A DNA stretch of 64,000 nucleotides from an uncultured Candidatus Saccharibacteria bacterium. GTDB lineage: Bacteria > Patescibacteriota > Saccharimonadia > Saccharimonadales > CAZICT01. This document shows positions 49,101-57,400 of this stretch, piece by piece (the first letter of the stretch is position 1; each line of letters opens with the position of its first letter). A program made the position numbers and the translations under genes. Below the pieces are notes generated by a model, which saw only the letters and a program-made list of their open reading frames with translations, ran no database searches and was not told the origin of the DNA. Location of the stretch: positions 277,553-341,552 of the forward strand of contig CAZICT010000001.1 of NCBI GenBank assembly GCA_964537935.1, given 5' to 3'.

Positions 49101-50917
49101 CCACCGGCATAAGTAACTGATGATCCCGTTATTGAAGAAGAGAGACCGGCTCCACCTGCACCGCCGGTGCTGCTATTACCGTTGCCTCCGACTGATCCGG
49201 CTCCGCCGCCTCCAGCGCCGCCAGCGCCAACAGCAAGCGGTCCGGGTGTTCCGCCATTATTACCTTGCCCTGGCGTGCCGTTGCCTGATGAACCACCAAC
49301 ACCGCCGCCACCGCCGGAGCCTCCATTCCTACCGTTACTATTCAAATTTCCGCCACCGCCGCCGCCAATGGCTGTGGCCACGCTAGAAATAGATGAATTA
49401 CCACCATCGCTTCCATCCCCGGCATTTCCACCATTACCGCCCGCGCCAACAGTAACACTATATGAACCGGCTGATAGCGACGCAACACCTTCTAGCATCC
49501 CGCCTGCTCCGCCACCGCCCCGGCCCGCATTGCCGGTTGCTCCGGCGCCACCGCCACCACCGCCGACGATCAGATACTCAATATTTACTGATCCTCCACT
49601 TATGTTCAATGACCCCGAGTTAGTAAAAGTATGCACCCTATAATCAACACCGCCGACGTTGATATCTGTAATCGTACCACCGGTTACAGATGCCGAGCTC
49701 CCGCCTCCGGCTTCAACACCTCCTACCGTATAAATGTATCCCCCTGCTACTGCGGTACCATGCCCCCACCTAGCTACATTCAGACCCATTGTGCTATTCC
49801 ATTCATCAAAACGTGCGCCAGTGGTATGACCTTTTTGGATTAATTCATTTTCAATGTCAAAGTCCACATTTGTCTCATTATTTCCGCGCATCAGCTTTTG
49901 GGCGGTATCCACATAAATACTCGGGTCAATACTTAATGGATAAGACGCTTGGTTTAGACCATTTACAACTAGCCTTATAGTACTAGCAGCTATTTCATAA
50001 CTGAGGTCGAGCTCGGATACATCTTTACCTGATTCTACCGCTACGGGCGGCGGAACGGCGAACAGGAGTTTATCCTTTTTGGCATTTTTACGTGCTTTTT
50101 CGAGCAGCTCAGCATCTTCCTCAGAGCCAGTGCTGATATTTTTGCCGTTTATCGGTAATGAGCTTCCATAAAACCCAATTGAGCCGTTCGATTCAAGCCT
50201 GGCCTCTATATTGTCGGGCTTTTCAAGCTCATATTCAAAAACCAGCGAATCAACATCAACAGTCCTTTCGATTACGATATCTTCTTTGACTCCGGTAATC
50301 TGCCCTGTGTAAACCAGGTAGCCAGGGTAATCTGCGAGCCGGTGCACTATTTGATTTACATCTTTCCTTCCTTGTATGGCCTTAAATTTTGGAGTTAATT
50401 TAATGCTAACTTCGTTGTAAGGGTCGACTATGGTAAGTGCCGCCGATTTACTAGAGTCAACAGACGCCTTTATACGCGGCGTTCCGGAGCCGTTACCACT
50501 CAATCCTTCGCCGTTAGCCGGCACAAAGCTCTTGTTATAAGCATAACCGCCGGTATCGGCATCTTCAGTAAAATAAGAAGCCAGCCTGCTGTTCGGTTCT
50601 GGTAATACTGCTCTTATTTGCTCATTTAGATTGTACGGCTTTGTCTCTATAAACGGCATCATTGAGACGCCTAGCACAGAGGTAACAATCAAGGCCACCA
50701 TACATAGAGAATAAATTCTAATAAACAGCGGCTGCTTATGAAGTTGCTTGGTGTTTTTAATTGCCGCATTACCGATGTTAGATACTAAAAGATGAGCACG
50801 TGACAGAGTCTTTTTTGCGCCAGCAGCTGAAACGCGACGGGCAGACTTATATTTAAGCGTGCCCTTAGCATGCTTTATGGGTGTTTTTCTCCTGGCTGTT
50901 GATTTTATTCCATCCAT
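43187..50917 (-). CDS. Giant surface protein B (2576 aa): Kelch-type blades, two glycine-rich modules, tandem PA14-like domains, C-terminal jelly-roll-like and conserved tail modules
   Basis: Uninterrupted 7.7-kb ORF. Basic N-terminus plus a TM helix (aa 64-86). Many Kelch-like units are visible (e.g. YNGYLYAIGG, YNNRLYIMGG, YNDRLYLIGG). Domain details are given in the findings. The confidence refers to coding status. Confidence 0.88.
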   Translation of the reverse strand: MDGIKSTARRKTPIKHAKGTLKYKSARRVSAAGAKKTLSRAHLLVSNIGNAAIKNTKQLHKQPLFIRIYSLCMVALIVTSVLGVSMMPFIETKPYNLNEQIRAVLPEPNSRLASYFTEDADTGGYAYNKSFVPANGEGLSGNGSGTPRIKASVDSSKSAALTIVDPYNEVSIKLTPKFKAIQGRKDVNQIVHRLADYPGYLVYTGQITGVKEDIVIERTVDVDSLVFEYELEKPDNIEARLESNGSIGFYGSSLPINGKNISTGSEEDAELLEKARKNAKKDKLLFAVPPPVAVESGKDVSELDLSYEIAASTIRLVVNGLNQASYPLSIDPSIYVDTAQKLMRGNNETNVDFDIENELIQKGHTTGARFDEWNSTMGLNVARWGHGTAVAGGYIYTVGGVEAGGGSSASVTGGTITDINVGGVDYRVHTFTNSGSLNISGGSVNIEYLIVGGGGGGAGATGNAGRGGGGAGGMLEGVASLSAGSYSVTVGAGGNGGNAGDGSDGGNSSISSVATAIGGGGGGNLNSNGRNGGSGGGGGVGGSSGNGTPGQGNNGGTPGPLAVGAGGAGGGGAGSVGGNGNSSTGGAGGAGLSSSITGSSVTYAGGGGASGDNGGAGGAGGGGAGGGNTDGQDGQPNTGGGGGGTQGAGSSGRGGDGGSGIVVVRYVLQAASGNEQEVVFDSSDTWTVPEGVTEVTVHAWGAGGGGATSTSSFTGSGGGGGGAYVRRTVSVTPSANYNVVVGQGGSAGQTGGSSYFINTSTAMALGGSGGSGTSGGSGGQAGSSVGDVKYSGGNGANGGTFSNGGGGGGGAGTTQGGGNASGTSGGAGGSEGGGNGGNATSGAGNALGGGGAGGRNTTGGSGANGRVIITYEPPDEDPGEGNGENAVYWAKFNPTTHAIESPNPGAGVCDDWCTEPDYDLPVTRVGLSLVAYNGYLYAIGGVNENGTRSNHIYIAKIGVNGEPSLWHPTDNNPDNWVYWYRGSETNLSSERSYLAAAAYNNRLYIMGGQTNANPGGVSTMEYANLNPTGTFSAWSTTGMTSLPSVRYGHSTQVYNDRLYLIGGRSGSSMQDTVHYTVLNNDGTMNNWVQTNSFDEGRMTWGGSFTAIWGGYIYLAGGCSSVNGSGYCLDIETDVQLASINADGSLAEWNTVQGVSNQLIGFGLVSWRNTLYRVGGCSAQSTVNGSCVGATNSVEYGIINQDGDASTVSTTVPSGNSPCSGSDPYNCHLPGTATIGNMLNVTAIVNGYLYIIGGCTNNGCTSTTGNTIYSAIGSNGRLTRPVSCPGGTVSASYCVDTSNPVPGGVAAAGVAVFNSRIYIIGGQSGSGLKGNIYHIAVNSDGSLDGAWTSQSFSAIAATSVSYTFAYARANPYSAGTYPGNLFIFGGCSGSTSGAGCPSGSNSQEVYKCNIRTDGMIEEDNANDCTTSGQLQIGTIREANAPGLALHAGTVYANYIYLVGGVAPGDNALDLSSIRYAKFDNNNNVVAVSGNSWIEPTDSNGDPIVMSIGRRRGTSFGYNGYLYAVGGYDAAQGGVLSDIQYAKINVSNGNLEPFDVSSVVINQRWGLNVPVSNSYAFVIGGCTDGVSPGGCNTRTDMVQTFQLYNNDSGAPAEYKTSSNLFATDRIGVSATVLDGYIYIAGGCVGSTECEGMVNDVQYAQLNPDGTVGTWSTASGNLPENRAYGQLETAGGSLYYLGGRGATECTADGTALFERYDGIGGTSINDLYSSPNFPDNPSSTQILTGSTLTSPANIADNFGGRVSALICVPITGNYTFWVAGDDGTELRLSTDTTRANATTIASVPGYSGITEWTKYPQQQSSPISLVAGKQYYLEANYKEGGGGDHVSVGWTLPGGTLNRPMSNTYYSSPDPGSCSADGTARFERYNSIGGGTSINDLYSSGIYPDNPSSTQTINGASLSTPVDIADQFGGRLSAVICAPQTGNYRFWVAADDAAELRLSTDERPSGATTIASVPNGSWTNVNEWTKYGEQQSALIPLVAGHRYYIEVNYKEGGGGDHAEIGWQLPDSTLNRPMSNTYYSYPHPVYSSGSPVSTVYYATPGSGGNITSWSTASNGLPSARADFGAAEWNDRLFVVGGEDDNGNVTNTVYVSPPLTSGGNITSGWSTSTPINVARSGLTAIAYANNLYTLGGYDGSNYLNDVQYNQINTNGTLDSWSFTTSLPTAIRQGDGFAANGYMYLVGGRKNDSSCDSNTLIAPISANTTIASGNNPTGIGEWYETSSRYSGDRFGSAAVYDQGKVYVLGGGCTAPLTVQQDDFDPSIDGSQWSSTVGMSAATFCTSVSGNALHSSGGTDRADTVDVDVSSGGTIFFDLYIPTVNSGSCNAPEAGEDVILQYSTNSGSNWTTIATYDETNFPTMTTVEVSVPAGAQTSSTRFRWTQVTNSGEGNDHWVIDNVRIVKAGASGVEYTGLNRVVYSSLMSQPQVARYTRLIDTDTDVFPTKWLLNGLDNSIGARWALSYRSSTAATIAWGQETVFGEVTLGQPEDYIPVDANGDPTHFSRYHHINLTIDSSRTYGYPDDVTRGPTIHDLTLFFTSDPSKRLRHGKTFTGGEQQPLDTPFP
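43190..43645 (-). other. C-terminal ~150-aa module of protein B, shared with the Kelch protein at 63175-64000
   Basis: VARYTRLID...SRYHHINLTID...IHDLTLFF...RLRHGKTFTGGEQQPLDT aligns with SGRYSKLID...GRYVLITVNMD...IQDLTISA...RLRGGKFFLGNILQPLDT. Confidence 0.7.
44804..45307 (-). repeat. PA14-like module, copy 2 (protein B aa 1871-2038)
   Basis: CSADGTARFERYNSIGGGTSINDLYSSGIYPDNPSS...TGNYRFWVAADDAAELRLSTD...LVAGHRYYIEVNYKEGGGGDHAEIGWQLP. Confidence 0.7.
45320..45814 (-). repeat. PA14-like module, copy 1 (protein B aa 1702-1866)
   Basis: CTADGTALFERYDGIGGTSINDLYSSPNFPDNPSS...TGNYTFWVAGDDGTELRLSTD...LVAGKQYYLEANYKEGGGGDHVSVGWTLP. Confidence 0.7.
48308..49687 (-). other. Two consecutive glycine-rich modules of protein B (aa 411-870)
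   Basis: Module 1 runs from VTGGTITDINVGGVDYRVHTFTNSGSL...EYLIVGGGGGGAG to GGSGIVVVRY. Module 2 runs from QEVVFDSSDTWTVPEGVTEVTVHAWGAGGGG to GSGANGRVIITY. On the plus strand the DNA is CCACCGCC-type low complexity. Confidence 0.8.
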
Positions 50918-50965
50918 TTAAGGGATGAGCCCTCTTGTCGAACTTTAACTCACTTATGCTTAATG

Positions 50966-50994
50966 ATTATACTCTAAAGCTCGCTTAGCATCAA
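50966..50994 (-). promoter_or_regulatory. Candidate strong sigma70-type promoter for giant gene B
   Basis: Minus strand: TTGATG (50994-50989), a 17-nt spacer, then a perfect TATAAT (50971-50966), about 45 nt upstream of the ATG at 50917. Confidence 0.55.
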
Positions 50995-51125
50995 AGATAG
51001 CACCGGCTTTTTATTGCTACTATTCATAGGAAAATATCAGCAAAAAATAATACCCTGCTGAAGATCAGTTTATACCACTCCGCTTTTAGTGCTTACCAAC
51101 TGACAAATCCACTGTCAATTTAAAC

Positions 51126-51160
51126 AGACTCGGAGTCGACTCCGATTTGACTCCGAGTCT
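51126..51160 (-). terminator. Perfect 12-bp inverted repeat (nested palindrome) between giant genes C and B; probable terminator
   Basis: AGACTCGGAGTC (51126-51137) and GACTCCGAGTCT (51149-51160) flank an 11-nt loop. The inner GGAGTCGACTCC is itself palindromic. On the minus strand the repeat is followed by GTTTAAATT. Confidence 0.45.
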
Positions 51161-51242
51161 TTAATCAATACCGTCAAACAATTCATTATTCTTGGCCTGG
51201 ATTAATAGCGGTTAATTAGGTTTTTTTAACTCTTATATATTG

Positions 51243-51437
51243 CTACACCGTGAAGATAAATGAATCGTTCATGATTTTCTTTTCGTAATTTATACGGCGT
51301 TTTCGTTTTGGCCTCTTTGAAAGCTGGGCTTTGTTTCGCTCCACGACTTCAGGTACTACAAGTACGTCAGTATGCAACGTCTTGTATGTTGGTTCGCTTC
51401 TGCCTTGACTGGTGTAATTGCGTCTATCGTTTTTCAT
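51243..51437 (-). CDS. Possible small basic protein (64 aa) translationally coupled to the end of giant gene C
   Basis: The ATG lies 1 nt after the TAA of the 2520-aa ORF (CAATAATATG). The product is Lys/Arg-rich (KRPKRKRRINYEKK). No homology recognised. It could be a chance ORF. Confidence 0.3.
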   Translation of the reverse strand: MKNDRRNYTSQGRSEPTYKTLHTDVLVVPEVVERNKAQLSKRPKRKRRINYEKKIMNDSFIFTV

Positions 51438-51438
51438 A

Positions 51439-54400
51439 TTATTGACCCAGTGTCGTAAAGCTTAAGTTACCTACGTATACATTGGCATTGCTATTTGCCT
51501 TGACGTTAATCTTGAAGATCACATTGTTGTCGGCAGAAGCCGCACTAAATCCACAACCGGTCGCTTCATCACCGTTTATCGAAACTGTCTGCCATGTGTT
51601 AGCTGAGGTAGTGACCGTAGTCTCCGAACCGCAAGCATACAAATTACCGCCTTCACTTCTGAACATTTCATAGGTCACAATGCCGTTAGAAACATGGTCG
51701 GTCCGAGCAGTTAGTCTTACCGTGTCGTTATCCGAGAATTGTCCGAATTCTGCCGGCAGCTGGTAAGTTACATATATGCTGTAGGTTTGCTGAGTTGCCT
51801 GCGGTGAAGTCCAGCGGTAGTAGTTACCGGCAACGACGCCCGGGTTGCCTGTTCCATCACAGATAGCTGTATTTACTTCGAGTACGGATGCCTCGTTAGC
51901 ACAGAAGTCAGCGGTAAGTGTACCGACGCCTGTTCCGTTCAATACAGCTCCTGCATATTCAGGGGTCAAGTTCACGAAGTTGTTAGGCGCTGAACCACAA
52001 GCTCCCCAACCGTCCGCTTCGTAGCATTGGATGCGACCACTGGTAGTGTCGTAGTACATAGAGCCTAAGTAAGCTTCGTTGCCATCTTCTACCGGCGGTG
52101 CTGATGAGCGGTCGAGAGTAAACAACGTGATAGGTCCGCCGTTAAGTCCGCCGCCGATTTGTACATGCGATGGTTCTGTCGTGGCGTCATTGCGCTGGAA
52201 GCTCAAGTTATCTATCCAGAAAGTTCGTGAAGTCGAATCGGTTTGCCGAATAATGAGGTCCGGATTTGTGGCGGCTGTACCATCAGTAGTAATTGTACAT
52301 GTTACTTTCGTCCAGCCGGTAGTTATCAGAGTCTGCGTAGAGTAGTTAGTACAAGCTACCGTATTGGTGCCGCCATTCCTGGAATAGACAACCTGCAGAG
52401 TAGTAAACGTTCCGGAAGACAGCTTACCGGTAAACGAAACTTGGTAAGTGGTGTTGGTTGCCGGATTGCCACTTAGGTTGTTACGTACACCCCTGTTAGC
52501 ACCTGAACCAGTCACTACCTGCACACCGGCTTGACCTGTTACATATTGGCCATTTGTAGTAGTTCGGGTTACCGTACCGCCAGCCGGTGCAGCTGACCAG
52601 TTAGTACTAAAGCTACTTGATGTTTCGGCACCCCCGTTGGCAGCTAACTCAGTACCCAGGTTGTTGACACTAAACAGGTTGGTACCGATAGATGACTGAA
52701 CCTCAAGTATACCGCCAACTATCGGATTATCCGGGTTGTTACGGATAGTCAAACCGTCAGCGTTGCCACCAGGGCCATTCAATACGATTTCAGCGCCACC
52801 GGCACTGGTAAGCGTGTTGGTGTAAGCAGCCTGCAGCGTGGTAGAGCTGGATGCGCCGGCGGCTGTCCAGTCACTGCCGTTCCATATCATTGTTGCAGTG
52901 GTATTGGCTCGCATAGCAATTTCGTTACCGCCACCGCCGCCGTTCACTACTAGAGTGAAGTCATTGGATCCGTTGGCAGCAGTTACGTACACGACCCGGC
53001 CGGCAGTGAGATTTGTCGGGTCAGGAAGTGATACATCAAGGCCTGGGTTGGTCGTATTCACAATTACCGCAGCGTTGTTATCAACGTTTGCTTGAGTAAC
53101 TACACAGTTAGTCGCACAGTTTTGCTGGGTTGCAGTAGCAAATGTTGGAGTGTCTATTACTACCAAGCCTTTTACTCCGGTTCCTACACCCGCACCACCG
53201 CTCAGCAATACGTTACCGCCGTTAGCATTACCGGTACCAGCTGCGCTGCCGCCTTGCAAAACAAGGTTGCCGCCAGTAAATGCGCTTCCGCCGGCCCCGG
53301 CGTTCCCGGCACTTACGGTTAAGTTATTGCCAGCTGCGTTGGTGGTGCGGGTTTCCAGCTTAATCGTTCGTGCGCTATCACCACCAAACGATAGATCAGC
53401 AGTTGCATTTTCAGTACCAATCCCTACACGGCCACTAGCCTTTACTACAAAGAGAGGATCGTCAACGCTATTCAATAACCGCAATAAATCATTAGAAACC
53501 GTCAAAGTCTTTATAGTAAAGCCCACATTATCATCTGTAAATAACTCCGTATCATTACTGCCACTAGCATCATCCGAGGTAAGGATTAGCTTATAATCAG
53601 CTCCCTCACCCCTGATCTTAATATTTCCTTCAAACCATGCTCCTTGATTAAACAAGAATTCATCGTTGTGCGCGTCGTAGCTCACGGTTCCGTCATCACC
53701 ATCTGTACCCATACGCAGTCCACCTTGCAAATATATGTCTTTCCACCTAATGGCACTCGAGCCGATATCATAAGTATTATTTGCATCGGGGCCAACATCT
53801 CCCTGAACTTGTAGCGTAAAGTTAGTAGGTGCGGTCCTGATTCCAACTTGCATGTCTAATGTGTTAACGATCAACACTGGGTCACCATTACTGTCTTTAA
53901 CGGAAAGTGCGGTACTAGAGGAGTGGGATATTGTTGAATCCCCTTCAAACCATGTACTGCCGACTACTTCCAGTTTGGCACTTGTTGGGGTAGCGGTACC
54001 TATACCCACATTGCCATCGTTGCGGACAAAGAACAGAGAGTCGTCATCTGAGTTAAGAATGTTAAGCGCAGATGTAGCATTGGTGTTTCCGTTGCCTTTT
54101 ACTACAAGCTTCGAGCCTGGTTCGAACGTGCCAATTCCAACGCTGTGTCCATATACGCTATCTGTAACATTTAGCACCTGAGTTCCCTGGCTGACCAACC
54201 GAATTCCTGCGTCGGAGTTTAGGAATAGCTGACCGGATCCATTATGATTTATGAAACTGCCGCCACAATCATCACAGCTAGAAAATTGTAAGTAATTTAT
54301 ACCGTCTCTACTTATATTAAAGTCTTCGGACAAATTAGGTGCTCCGCCGCCCACGAATACGCGTCCTGCGCCATTTACAAGCAAACCTGTGCGCGGAGTT

Positions 54401-57400
54401 CCGTCAGCATCACCTACTACTTTTAGTACGTCTACATTTGCTGCGCCGTTATATGTCTCGATCGATAGACCGTCACCCGTTCCGGTATTTATGAGTTTAC
54501 TGACGTAGTCAGAGCCCACATCTGCCTGAGAGTATATGCCACCCTGGACATTCACCTGGTCGGTCGAGCGCACGCCCTGACCAAGGGTTAGGGTCTTCAC
54601 TCCATGCGATCCTACGGTAGGGTTATATGCAGGAGTATGCTGGAAGCCAACAAGCTGAGGGCCATAGCCGTATACTATTATGCTATCCGGAGCTGTAGCA
54701 GAATCTACATATATATCGAGGTAAGCATTATTGCTGCCGTCATTGCTTGCCCTTACCTGAGTAACTATGCTGCCATTGTATGCAGACTGGCGGGTCTGCG
54801 TAATAGTAGCTGGCATGCCGTAACCACTAACGTGGTATTGGAACTCTAACTCAGTTGGCTTATTGTCATAATTCGCTACGATACGGATTATGCCAGAACT
54901 GAATGCACTACCTGTAGATATTATCCGGTACCAACCTGTATTCCCTGCTGTTGGTGTGAAATCAGTCACATGTTCTACAAATATTCCACTAGTCTTTACG
55001 TCACCAGCAGCTACTTCCAGGCCATATCCAGGAGTGCTTGTACCAATACCTACTCTGTTGTTTGTTGCATCTACGAACAGCGTGTCGGTATCGAAGGCGA
55101 CATCGCCATTAGCTTGGACGGTCAGACGTACCTGATTATTAGTTATAATTTCTAAATCATCAGCATCTGTAGTGCCTAATACTGCCGTGGCATTAAAGTC
55201 ATTGCCACCCTGCATGAAAGAGTTAGCAGAAGTTAAGAAAGTAGAGCTACATGCAGCTAATTGGTTAGAGCTATTACGGCAAAGAACTGCATCAGTATTG
55301 GCTGTCCCTAGGGTACCTACGGTTACTATACCTGTGGTTTCCAGAGTAGTTACACCACTGACAGCACCAGCGCTGGAAACGTTTAAGCCTGCTGAAGTTA
55401 TGGACAACGTTCCAGTAGTATTACCTATAGAAGTGTTTGCTGTGCCAGTGGTGTTTATGGAAATAGTGCCTGTTATAGTCAGGCCTCCGGTACCCTGAAG
55501 CAATCCGGCTCCAGCGTTTACACCAACTGCAGTTACAGCACCGGCACTTGTTACAGTGAAGTTGCCAGTAGCGCCACCTACACTGAGAAGCTGGGATGGG
55601 GTTCCTGATGTGCCTATGCCCACATTTCCATTACCCATAATCCTCATTACTTCTGTGCCCAAAGTATTAGACAATCTCAGGTGATAATCGTTTGCAGTAG
55701 TGCCAGTAATTAGAGTCTGTAACGTAAAGTTATTCCACTTGGTAGAACCGTCATAGTAAGAACCTTGCATCTTAAACACAGGCGAATTGCGTGTATTAGT
55801 TCCATTATCCGCACCGCGGCTTGTTAAGTAAGCTTCTCCGTTGCTTGTATCAACACCGAATGTTGGTTGGCCAGCAAATTCGCCCACACGGAAAGCGCTA
55901 CTACCGCTCACTACAATCTCTACTTCTTTATTATGGATACCGAATCCGGCGCTTCCTGAATAGCCATTAATGGCCACGTCGCCGTCTGCCTGTAAAACAA
56001 ATCTATCATTCCCACCACTAAGCAAGTGAATCAGGTTGCCACCGCCAGTATCATTTATATGTATAGATGGATTGGCTGATGAATCTGCTTGAACTGTAGA
56101 AGGAGCTAATTGTACATAGCCTTGAAGGTCATCGGTGGTCGCAAAAGTTGAACTACAGCTCGCAAATTGACCGGCTGCATTACGGCAAAGAACGGTGTCG
56201 GTATCTGCCGTACCAAGTGCACCTACCGTAATAATGCCAGAAGTAGAAAGGGTTGTTACTCCACTCACTGCACCTGCGCTTGTTACGTTCAGGCCCGAGG
56301 AAGTTAGAGTAAGTGTACCAGTAGCATTACCGATGGCGGTGTTGGCTGTGCCGGAGGTGTTTATCGAGGTGGTGCCAGTTGCAGTTAGGCCGCCACTCAA
56401 CGTCGTAAGACCAGTTCCTACTGTAAATGTATTGGAGCCACTTACTGCTGTGTTTCCATCAAGTGATACTGTACCCGCACCATTTGGCGTAAGAATGACA
56501 CTACCATTACCCCCCATTGAAGTTAAGGTAAGATTTCCGGTATTTGTTCTTATAGTGGAAGCGCCATTGCCCTGGAACTCACCTCCACTTAGTATTGACC
56601 ATCTACCTAAGCTATTAGTATAGAACTCTATAGAGTTAGGGTTGGAGGTTGTGAGCCTGAGCGTGCCTGTACTGGTAATGTCGCCACCGTTTACTGCCAG
56701 GTCACCAGAAAGAGTGGCATCAACTGCGCTAATATCACCGCTAAAGGTAGCGTTTACTGCACCGATGTCTCCTGAAAATGTACCGTTAACTGCACCTAGA
56801 TCGCCAGCAAGTGTGACGTTACCGCTGGCGTCTACATCAAAGTTATTGAAATTAATAACAGCAGTCGTGCCTTGCAGGGTTTGTGCTCCTAAATCAATGC
56901 CGGCACCGGCAACGATTTGTCCATTAAACGTTTTAGCGCCGGCGAATGTTTGTGCACCAGTACTTACAAGCCCAGGATGTGTGCCGTCGGCAGTTTGCAT
57001 AAATAATGCGCCACCAGTTATGACTGCACCGTCTGCGCTCTTTGTTTGAGAATCTATGGTACCAATCGCACCGACTACGCTGCCACTAAGCGATACGGTC
57101 GTAACCCAATTACTGCCATTCCATATAAAGGTATTGCTCTGCCCTGCAGCTATGACACTGTCATACATAGTAAAGCTGACACTTCCGGTATTGTTTACAA
57201 ATGCAACGCGGCCGGCCGTAGCATCCGTGGGCGCAGGCAGCGTAAGCGTCTGTCCAGCAGTTGTTTGACTTACATTAAAGGTAGTAGCCACATCAACTGT
57301 CGCTGCAGCAGTGCCTATGTTTCCACCAGCTGCACGGTTAGTAATAGCGATTGCACTAAAGAGAGTGCTTCCTGCGTTGGTAAATTGCTGACCGGTTGCG

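Noticed and set aside
48312-49643. Long plus-strand ORFs encoding Pro-rich, His/Arg-rich peptides (48312-48581, 48793-49116, 49120-49386, 49167-49643).
   Set aside because: They are antisense shadows of the GGN-rich glycine modules of the 2576-aa minus-strand ORF. Antisense CCN codons give Pro. They have no independent start or SD context, and the minus-strand frame is continuous for 7.7 kb.
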